A stretch of DNA of 63,309 nt, counting the filler, from Candidatus Rokuibacteriota bacterium (GTDB lineage Bacteria > JAUVQV01 > DATDCY01), in assembly GCA_031406795.1 (NCBI GenBank). It is 5 parts of 5 records of this genome, joined end to end, with 100 filler letters (N's around TTAATTAATTAA, not from the genome) between each part and the next. Parts side by side here need not be neighbours in the genome. Positions count along the whole stretch, not along the records: positions 1 to 23,986 come from JANOHV010000258.1; 4 more parts are not named here. One strand, given 5' to 3'. Within the stretch, counting starts at the first letter, position 1, and each line of letters begins with the position of its first letter. The notes beneath the pieces were generated by a model. The model was not told the origin of the DNA. It searched no databases and saw only the letters and a list, made by a program, of their open reading frames with translations. Below, piece by piece: positions 13,268 to 21,045 of the stretch. Both the position numbers and the translations under genes were made by a program.

Positions 13268-15124
13268 TCACAGCCCGACCTTGACCTCCGCAAACCAGGA
13301 GCGACCGCGCATCGGGAAGCCTTCCACGGTCTCGTAGTCCCGATCCTGGAGATTCTCCGCTCTCAGGCTGACCTGCACCGGAACCGAGGCGATCGTGTCC
13401 CGCCAGGCGAGCGCCGCATTGAAAGTGGTGGAATTCAGGAACCCGCGGGTCTCCCCCGTGTCGACCCTGTTGGTGGCGAGATATTCGAGCGACCAGGTGA
13501 GCGATTTTCCGGTTCCCTGGACCGCCGCCCGCCAGAGGCTGCGCACGGCGCCCGGGAGCTGCTCGTTCGTCTCCTCGTCCCGGGTCGAGAGCCGCTGATA
13601 GCCGACCGGGATCGCGATCGAGGCGCTCGGACGGTAGAGCACCTGCGCCTCCCAACCGCTGACCGTCACCCGGGACAGATTCTCGGACTGGTAGACGAGG
13701 TCACCGTCGCGGTCGGCCCAGGCGACCTGGTTGTGGACGTTGCGGCGGAACGCGCTCAGGCGCACGCGCCCCCCGCCTCCCCCCAGTTCGATGCCGCCAT
13801 CGAAACTGTCCGAGGTCTCGAGCTTGAGATCGGGATCGCCCTGCAGGTACCGCCCGTTCGCGTACAATTCCTCGAAGCTCGGCGCGCGGAAGTTGTTCGC
13901 CCACGCGCTCCAGAGCTTCCAGCCGCCGCTGCCCCAGCCGACCGAGAGGGAGGGACTGACGCGCCCGCCGTGCCGGGAGTGCTCGTCGCGGCGCAGTACC
14001 CCGACCGCCGACCAGTTGCCGGCGCGCCACTGGTCCTGCGTGTAGACGCTCCAGCGCTCCACCGCATGGTCCTCATCGGCGTCGTCTTTGAGCCGATCGT
14101 TGACCCACTCCGCGCCGACCGTGAAAAGATCGGCGCCTTTCGTGGCGACGTTCATCCGTGCCTCGAAGCCGTACGAGCTGTTCTCCGCCCTGGTTGCGAG
14201 GGGTGCCTCGGGGAGCAGCGGGTCGGAGGCCGGCGGCGCCGGGTCGGTGAACCGCAGCGACTGACTTCGCGTGAAGGCCCCGATCTTCAGATCCCAGCCG
14301 CCGCCGGGCAGGTAGAGGACATCCGCGCGCAGCCCGTCGTGGGCGTCCTTCTGCCGCGCCGCCGGCGACGGGAGCGCAACGGGGCCGGGCACGCCGGCTT
14401 CGCGATTGAGCACTGTCCAGCGCACCTCGAGACCCCAGGGCGCGGGCTCGACCGCCGCTCCCAGCACAAAACTCTTCGAATCGTAATCGCCGTTGTCGCG
14501 AAAGCCATCGCCGCTGAACCACTGACCGTCCAGGCGCAGCCCCACCTTGCGAAAACCGTACTGCACGCCGCCGGCAAGACGCTGTGCGGCCTCGGAGCCC
14601 CGTCCATAGGAGACGCCGAGCGCAGGGGTCGCGGCGGCCGGGCGCGTGACGATGTTCACGACGCCGCCGATCGCGTCGGGGCCGTAGACCAGCGACGCGG
14701 GGGCCGGGGTGACTTCGACCATTGCGACGCGCTCGACGGGCACCGCGAGGTCGTTGAGGTTGAACGCGGCGCCCGGAGTCGCGCTCACCCGGTGGCCGTC
14801 GACCAGCACGAGCACCTGCCGGCCGCTCGAACCACGCAGCGAAATCGTCACCAGCCCCGAAGCTCCGCCGGTGTCCTCGATGACGAGCGTCGGCACCAGG
14901 GCGAGCGCGGCGGCGATGTCGGTTGCCCCGCTCGCCGCGATCTGCCCGGCGGTGACCAGCGCGAAATTCCCGATGGCGCCCCCGACGGGCCCCGGCGCAA
15001 CCGGCGACGGCGCGGCGACGGGCGCGGGCCCGCTCGAATTCCTCTTCGGCGCCGCGAGGGCGGCGCGCCCCAGAATCAGCACGACGATCATCCCGGCGAC
15101 GCCGGCCAACTTCGATGACTTCAC
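13268..15124 (-). CDS. btuB: TonB-dependent receptor, BtuB-like
   Basis: Plug ISLRG..VLVLVDG..YGPDAIGGVVNIVT; C-terminal ENLQDRDY..GRSWFAEVKVGL; in btu-like operon. Confidence 0.75.
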   Translation of the reverse strand: MKSSKLAGVAGMIVVLILGRAALAAPKRNSSGPAPVAAPSPVAPGPVGGAIGNFALVTAGQIAASGATDIAAALALVPTLVIEDTGGASGLVTISLRGSSGRQVLVLVDGHRVSATPGAAFNLNDLAVPVERVAMVEVTPAPASLVYGPDAIGGVVNIVTRPAAATPALGVSYGRGSEAAQRLAGGVQYGFRKVGLRLDGQWFSGDGFRDNGDYDSKSFVLGAAVEPAPWGLEVRWTVLNREAGVPGPVALPSPAARQKDAHDGLRADVLYLPGGGWDLKIGAFTRSQSLRFTDPAPPASDPLLPEAPLATRAENSSYGFEARMNVATKGADLFTVGAEWVNDRLKDDADEDHAVERWSVYTQDQWRAGNWSAVGVLRRDEHSRHGGRVSPSLSVGWGSGGWKLWSAWANNFRAPSFEELYANGRYLQGDPDLKLETSDSFDGGIELGGGGGRVRLSAFRRNVHNQVAWADRDGDLVYQSENLSRVTVSGWEAQVLYRPSASIAIPVGYQRLSTRDEETNEQLPGAVRSLWRAAVQGTGKSLTWSLEYLATNRVDTGETRGFLNSTTFNAALAWRDTIASVPVQVSLRAENLQDRDYETVEGFPMRGRSWFAEVKVGL

Positions 15125-15137
15125 TTCCCGTCTCCTC

Positions 15138-15914
15138 TCACCATTGAACCCGCACGCGGCCGTCGGGGCCTTCCACCGTCTCCACGGCCACCCCGAAGAG
15201 TTCCGTCAGGTTGTCGCCCGTGTAGGTCGGGCGTCGCGGGCCCGACGCCAGCACACTGCCGTCCCGCAGCAGCAGCACCCGGCCGCAGAAGGCCCCGACC
15301 AGGTTCAGGTCGTGCGAAACCGCGACGAAGGTCAAACCCTGCTCCCGGCGGAGGCAATCGAGCGTGCGAAAGATGCCCAGCTCCTGCGCCAGATCAAGAA
15401 AGCTCGACGCCTCGTCGAGCAGGATGATCCTCGCCTCCTGCGCGAGCGCCCGGGCGATGAGCACGCGCTGGCGCTCCCCGCCCGAGAGCTGGTCGAGCGT
15501 GCGGCCGGCGAAGCGCTCGGTGTCGGTGCGCCGCATCGCTTCGCGGCAGATCTCCCGGTCGCGCTCCGACAGCCAGCCGGTCCAGGCCAGGTGCGGCATC
15601 CGCCCCATCCCGACCATCTCCTCGACGGTGTACGGAAAGACCGTGCCGCCGCCCTGCGGCACCACGGCCACCAGCTGCGCAAGTTCGCGCCGGGGGTAGT
15701 CGGCCACCGGCCGGCCAAGCACGCTGACCGCGCCGCCGCTCGGGCGCAGCACCCCGGAGAGCAGTCGCAGCAGCGTCGTCTTGCCCGAGCCGTTGGGGCC
15801 GACGATGCCGAGCATCTCGCCCGCGGGCACCTCGAGCGTCACCCGGTTCACGACGGTTCGCCCGGCGTAGGAGAAGCTCAGGTCATGTGCGGCCAGCGCG
15901 TTCATCCCATCCAC
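15138..15914 (-). CDS. ABC transporter ATPase (BtuD/FepC-like)
   Basis: GPNGSGKT, LSGGERQR, ILLDE, SHDLN. Confidence 0.92.
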   Translation of the reverse strand: MDGMNALAAHDLSFSYAGRTVVNRVTLEVPAGEMLGIVGPNGSGKTTLLRLLSGVLRPSGGAVSVLGRPVADYPRRELAQLVAVVPQGGGTVFPYTVEEMVGMGRMPHLAWTGWLSERDREICREAMRRTDTERFAGRTLDQLSGGERQRVLIARALAQEARIILLDEASSFLDLAQELGIFRTLDCLRREQGLTFVAVSHDLNLVGAFCGRVLLLRDGSVLASGPRRPTYTGDNLTELFGVAVETVEGPDGRVRVQW

Positions 15915-16923
15915 CCGCGGCGACGCCGCAGCAGAACGAGAAAGAACGGGGCGCCGATCAGCGCGGTGACCACGCCCACCGGGATCTCGGCGGGAGGCAG
16001 CACGCTGCGCGCCACCGTGTCGGCCAACATGAGGACGACCGCGCCGGCGAGCGCCGAAGCCGGGATGAGCAGCCGGTGATCGGCGCCGACGACCGCGCGC
16101 AGGGCGTGCGGCACCACCAGTCCGACGAAGCCGACGAGGCCGGCCGACGCGACGGCCGCGCCGGTGATGACGGAGGCGGCGAAGAACAGGCGCAGCCGCA
16201 CCCGCCGGGCGTTGATGCCGAGGTGCGCGGCCGTCTCCTCCCCGAGCGAGAGGGCATTGAGCTGCGGCCCGGACAGCACGGCCAGCACGACCCCGGCCGC
16301 GACGACGACCGCCACCGCCGGCAGGATCCCCTGCGGGGGTGAGGCCAGGCTCCCCATCATCCAGAACATCGCACCCTGCACCCGGCCGGCGGGCGCGATG
16401 GCGGTCATGAACATCACCAGCGCCGAGCAGAAGGCGCTGACGACGACCCCCGAAAGGATCAGGGCGGTCGGCGGCAGCGCGCCGGCCCCCGACGCCAGAC
16501 GCCAGACGGCGGCGACCGCAAGCAATGCGCCGCCGCAGGCCGCCGCCGGGACGATCAGGGGCACCCCGCCCGCCGCACCTGTGGTGAGGACGAACACCGC
16601 CCCGAGCGCCGCGCCGCCGGAAACGCCCAGCAGGTAGGGGTCGGCGAGTGGATTGCGCAGCAATCCCTGGAAGGTCGTGCCGGCCACCGCGAGCGCCGCG
16701 CCAACCAGGAGCCCGAGCATCACGCGAGGCAGCCGCAGGTCGAGCAGGATGCGGCTTTGCATCGGCAGCGACGAGCGCGCCTCCGGTTCCGTGAGCACGC
16801 GTCCCAGGTCGGACCAGGAGATCGGGACCGGTCCCGTCTTCGCGGCAAACAGTGTCGCCGCAATGAGCAGCGACGACAGCAGCCCGAGGACAAGGATGGC
16901 CCGGCCGGCCGGCCCAGGCTCAT
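15902..16923 (-). CDS. FecCD/BtuC permease with apparent frameshift near the start
   Basis: LRLPR..LLRNPLADPYLLGVSGGA, LSLGEETAAHLG; ATG at 16923 is out of frame with TM1 (AILVLGLLSSLL) across a (CCGG)3 tract. Confidence 0.85.
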
Positions 16924-17825
16924 CGCCCGGCTTTCGCGGGGTGCAGCATCTCGGCGAGCTGCTCCAGCGAGTCCACGATCCGCGGTCCCGGGCGGAAAAA
17001 GCTCCCCTGGCCGACGGAGATCATCCGGCCGGTGCGCATCGCCCGCAGTGCCGTCGCGCCCGGGAGGGCAGCCCAGCGGGAGATCAGCTCGGCGCTGCTC
17101 AGCGGCTCGGGATCGGCCGCGTCGAGGATCACCTCGGGGTCATCCGCCAGGAGCCTCTCGAGGCTGAAGACGGGGTACTTGATCGGCGAGTCGCCCGCGA
17201 TGTTGCGCCCGCCCGCGAGCGTCAGCAGTTCGCCGACGAACGTGCCGGCCCCGGCGCTGATGAGCGGCGCGCGGTCGATCGCCGCGAACACCGTCACCGG
17301 GGCCAGGCCGGCGACCCGCGCCCGCACCGCCTCGCGACGACGGTCGAGCCCGGCGGCGATCTCCCGCGCCTGCGCGGCGCGCCCCGTGAGTTCGCCGATC
17401 GTGACCAGCGTGCGCAGCACATCCGCGACCGAGCGCGTATCGATGGTGTAGACCGCCACCTTGAGATCCGCGAGCCGGTTCACGTCCTCCGCGCGGTTTC
17501 CATCGGCCGTGGCCAGCACGAGGTCCGCGCCGAGCGCGACGATCGACTCGAGAGAGGGGTTGATGAGGCCGCCGATCTTCGGCTTCGCGGCCACCTCCGG
17601 CGGCCAGTCGCAGAAGAGCGTTACGCCGGCAACCCGCCCGCCGAGCCCCAGGGCAAAGAGCATCTCGGTCACGTTCGGGGCAAGCGACACGATACGCTTC
17701 GGGTCGCTCGGGACGTCGACGGAGCGTCCGACCGCGTCGCGCACCGTTGATGCCGCGCCCGGCGGCGGCGTCCCGAGCGCGAGCAGGAATACGAGAGCCG
17801 AGAGGGCGACGCGACGGCGATACAT
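16920..17825 (-). CDS. btuF: cobalamin-binding periplasmic protein, BtuF-like
   Basis: RIVSLAPNVTEMLFALG, CDWPPE, RPGPRI. Confidence 0.8.
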   Translation of the reverse strand: MYRRRVALSALVFLLALGTPPPGAASTVRDAVGRSVDVPSDPKRIVSLAPNVTEMLFALGLGGRVAGVTLFCDWPPEVAAKPKIGGLINPSLESIVALGADLVLATADGNRAEDVNRLADLKVAVYTIDTRSVADVLRTLVTIGELTGRAAQAREIAAGLDRRREAVRARVAGLAPVTVFAAIDRAPLISAGAGTFVGELLTLAGGRNIAGDSPIKYPVFSLERLLADDPEVILDAADPEPLSSAELISRWAALPGATALRAMRTGRMISVGQGSFFRPGPRIVDSLEQLAEMLHPAKAGR

Positions 17826-17928
17826 GGGTCTTCTTCCTTTGGCTCGAAGGGGTTAGAGGAGCTTCCGCATAGCTTCGCGTTTGTTAGCACACGCCAACAG
17901 GAAACACAAGCCGAAGCAACATGATAGC

Positions 17929-18072
17929 GTAACCCTTCAGTGAAGTTCGGTAACTTTTCCCGTTCGTGGTGAGCCTGTCGAACCACGAACGGGAAAGAGT
18001 CTTCATACAAGCGCCCTTCGACCGGCTCAGGGCGAACGGTACTGATCAAGCCACTGTTCACTGAATGGTTAC
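17929..18072. mobile_element. MITE family B, copy 1, with 8-bp target-site duplication
   Basis: TIR GTAACCCTTCAGTGAA / TTCACTGAATGGTTAC; flanked by ATGATAGC at 17921-17928 and 18073-18080; internal REP-like hairpins. Confidence 0.85.
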
Positions 18073-18098
18073 ATGATAGCGGGGTTCTCCTGCGGCGG

Positions 18099-20783
18099 CT
18101 AACGAAGCGTGCCCCCCAGCGGGATCGTGCCGGCGTAGCCGAACGCCGTCTGCCAGAAGCCTTCCGTGCTCTTGAAGACGTACCAGGCGCCGCCCGGCGC
18201 GGAGTAGACGCCGATGTCGTCGCGGCCGTCGCCATCGAAATCCCCGACCACGGGCTCCGTGCCGGGATAGCCGAACTGCGTCTGCCAGGAGCCCTCCGCA
18301 CTCTTGAGGAGCTGCCAGCTTCCACTTGGCGGGTGGTAGACGCCGATGTCGTCGCGGCCGTCGCCGTCGAAATCCCCCACCACCGGGATCGTCCCGGCGT
18401 AGCCGAACTGCGTCTGCCAGAAGCCCTCGGCGCTCTTGAAGAGATACCAGTTCCCGCTGTCCGGGTGGTAGACCCCGATGTCGTCCCGGCCGTCGCCGTC
18501 GAAGTCCCCCGCCACCGGAATCGTCCCGGCGTAGCCGAACTGCGTCTGCCAGAAGCCGTCAGCGCTCCTGAAGAGATACCAATTCCCGCCCTCGGGAAAA
18601 TAGCACCCGAGGTCGCTCGTGCCGTCGCCGTCGAAGTCTCCGACCACCGGAATCGTTCCGGCGAAGCCGAATTGCGTCTGCCAGAAGCCCTCCGCGCTCT
18701 TGAACAGGTACCAGTTTCCCCCCTCGGGAAAGTAGCACCCGATATCGCTCCTGCCGTCCCCGTCGAAGGTCCCCGTGACCGGGATCGTTCCGGCGTAGCC
18801 GAACCGCGTCTGCCAGAAGCCCTCGCTGCTGTTGTACCCGTACCAGGCGCCGGCGGGCGGAAAGTAGCAGCCGATGTCCGAGCGGCCATCCCCGTCGAAA
18901 TCGTTGGCTGCGGGATGCGCGACGGTCGCCGCGCGATAGTAGGCCCGCACGGTCCGGCCGGCATCCAGCGTGACCGAGCAGGTCAGCCCCGATGCGCTCG
19001 AGCAGCCGATCCAGCCGCTGAAGGCATTGCCGGCGGCGGTCGCGGGTGCCGTCAGGGTCACCGTGACGCCATTGCCGTAGGCGCGCGCGAACGGCGTGGT
19101 CCCGTCTCCCAGAGCGCCGATGTCGACCGGACTGACCGCGATCGGCACACCGCTCGTCGGGTTGGTCGAAGCCACGGTCAGGCTTGTGAACGCCAGCGCG
19201 TCCACCGCCCGGCCGAGGTTGATCCGGGGCCTGGTGATCGCGACCTTGCCGTCGGTGACGCTGTCGCCGTAGTCGACGAGCGCGGTTCTCACCTGGTCCG
19301 GGGTCAGATAGGAGCCGCTCCTGGCCTTGGCCGCCGATTGCAGCACCGCCGCCGCGCCGGCGGCATAGGGGCTGGCCGCGGAGGTCCCGCCGAAGCCGGT
19401 GAAATAATCTCCCGGCGAGTAACCCCCGATGCCGACGATATCGGCGGTGGAGGCCAGGTTCGCCGGGGCAAGAAGCGTCAGGAACGGGGCGCTGTTCGAG
19501 TACGAGGCGACTTTGTCCGGCCGGGTGCTGTCGGTCGCGAAGAACCCGGTCGCGCAGGCCCCCGCCGTCTTCACGGCGCACGACGCGGCGTCCACGCAGG
19601 GGAAACTGGTGCCGACGCCGGCATCGTACACCGCCCCGACGGAATTCACGTGGCTGATGCAGGCCGGCCAGGCCATCGAATCACAGTAACCGTCGTTGCC
19701 CGAGGAGGCGAAAAGGGTGATCCCGGCGGCCACGGCATTGGCTGCTGCCGCCGTCATCGCCGGACTTGCGGCATCGCAGGGCCCGGAGTACTTGCCGCCG
19801 CCGTAACTGGTGCTGATGATCAGGATCGGGTTGGCCGGGTCGTCGTTCTGATGGGTCACGCACCACTCCCACCCCGCGATCATCGCCGACGACGTGGCGT
19901 CGCCTCCGGGACCGCTCGAGATCTTGATCGCGTAGAGCCTGGCCTCCGGCGCAACGCCGCCGATGTAGGAGCCCACCGTTCCCAGGCTGCCGGCGGCGAT
20001 CCCGGCGCTGCACGTTCCGTGGGCCTCGGCGTAGATCCCCGGCCGCGGGTCGGCGTCGTTGTCACCGGTGTCGTAGCCGCCGATCACCTTCGCATTCGGG
20101 AAGCCGGCGGTCCCGCCCAGCCGGGGATGCGACGTGTCGATGCCGGAATCGCAGATGGCAATGCTCACGCCGGCGCCGCCGTACGTTCCCCGGGCGGCCT
20201 CCGCATTCATCAACGCGAGGCCCTGGGCGAGATGCATGTGCAGCACCACGTCCTTCTCGACGCCGATCACCTCGGGCGAGCCGAGAATCCGCTGCAGCGC
20301 GGAGGCCGTCACGCGCGCCGAAAACCCGAACTGGTACGAGAATCTGCGCTCCACCGCGATGCCGGGGGCGCCGAGATCGTCGATGTCGCGGCCGACTTTC
20401 TCAGCGACGGCAGCCCTCAGCCGGTTCCTGACGGGGGCGTCCTGGAGGCTGTAAGCGGCGCCGGCACCCACTGCGGACGATTCGTCGGGAATCTGCGCCG
20501 ACCCCGGCAGGGGGAGGGCCGCCCCCGTTGCCTGAACCGTCGGCCGCAGCAGCACGATGACCGCCGTCTCGGACGCGCCGCGCTCGAAGTCGGCGAGAAC
20601 GTCGTCCGGGGCATGGAGCTTCGCGCTACGCCGCAGCTCCGCGAGAACTGAGCCGCCTCCCTGCTGCGCGCCGGCCGGCGCCGCGACGTGAGTCAGGGCG
20701 AGAACAGCGGCGAGCGCCAGACACCAGAGCGCCCGGCTCGTGAGGCATCTGCCCGTCCGGGTTTCCCCAGTATCGCACTCCAT
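18099..20783 (-). CDS. secreted S8 subtilisin-like serine protease with C-terminal FG-GAP/VCBS repeats
   Basis: Triad ICDSG / HGT / GTSAASP; signal peptide; six (D/T)FDGDG repeats. Confidence 0.92.
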   Translation of the reverse strand: MECDTGETRTGRCLTSRALWCLALAAVLALTHVAAPAGAQQGGGSVLAELRRSAKLHAPDDVLADFERGASETAVIVLLRPTVQATGAALPLPGSAQIPDESSAVGAGAAYSLQDAPVRNRLRAAVAEKVGRDIDDLGAPGIAVERRFSYQFGFSARVTASALQRILGSPEVIGVEKDVVLHMHLAQGLALMNAEAARGTYGGAGVSIAICDSGIDTSHPRLGGTAGFPNAKVIGGYDTGDNDADPRPGIYAEAHGTCSAGIAAGSLGTVGSYIGGVAPEARLYAIKISSGPGGDATSSAMIAGWEWCVTHQNDDPANPILIISTSYGGGKYSGPCDAASPAMTAAAANAVAAGITLFASSGNDGYCDSMAWPACISHVNSVGAVYDAGVGTSFPCVDAASCAVKTAGACATGFFATDSTRPDKVASYSNSAPFLTLLAPANLASTADIVGIGGYSPGDYFTGFGGTSAASPYAAGAAAVLQSAAKARSGSYLTPDQVRTALVDYGDSVTDGKVAITRPRINLGRAVDALAFTSLTVASTNPTSGVPIAVSPVDIGALGDGTTPFARAYGNGVTVTLTAPATAAGNAFSGWIGCSSASGLTCSVTLDAGRTVRAYYRAATVAHPAANDFDGDGRSDIGCYFPPAGAWYGYNSSEGFWQTRFGYAGTIPVTGTFDGDGRSDIGCYFPEGGNWYLFKSAEGFWQTQFGFAGTIPVVGDFDGDGTSDLGCYFPEGGNWYLFRSADGFWQTQFGYAGTIPVAGDFDGDGRDDIGVYHPDSGNWYLFKSAEGFWQTQFGYAGTIPVVGDFDGDGRDDIGVYHPPSGSWQLLKSAEGSWQTQFGYPGTEPVVGDFDGDGRDDIGVYSAPGGAWYVFKSTEGFWQTAFGYAGTIPLGGTLR
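18115..18905 (-). repeat. six tandem 132-bp (44-aa) FG-GAP-like repeats within the S8 gene
   Basis: GGxATCGTxCCGGCG motif recurs at 18385, 18517, 18649, 18781; unit GDFDGDGRDDIGVYHPDSGNWYLFKSAEGFWQTQFGYAGTIPVV. Confidence 0.9.
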
Positions 20784-20922
20784 CAAGTCTTCTCCCCCTG
20801 GCTGGCCCAACCCAGCAACATTCCATATTACGATGCTGCCGGTGGGAAGTTCGGTGCCATCGCCAGGAAAAGTTCGGTCGTCCGCCCTTTTTCGCGTTGA
20901 CAATCGCCACCGCGCTCCCCCC

Positions 20923-20974
20923 TTGACATGGCCATATCTTGTGACTAGAGTTCGCGCGTCCACAACATATGGTA
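20923..20974 (+). promoter_or_regulatory. sigma70 promoter with two tandem NrdR boxes
   Basis: TTGACA(20923)-17bp-TAGAGT(20946); TGGCCATATCTTGTG (20929) and CCACAACATATGGTA (20960), 31 bp apart, resemble acaCwAtATaTwGtg; upstream of an RNR gene. Confidence 0.75.
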
Positions 20975-21045
20975 GGGCGAAGCTCTCCTATGATGAAATT
21001 TGGTACCTGGCACCGAGACAGCGATTTTCGAAGGAGAAGCACGGC

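Noticed and set aside
17826-17928. Cobalamin riboswitch upstream of btuF
   Set aside because: No recognisable B12-box or GGGAA/GCCACTG core; an Rfam scan would be decisive.
18115-18905. Regular repeats as a possible CRISPR array
   Set aside because: 132-bp in-frame coding repeats without unique spacers; no cas genes.
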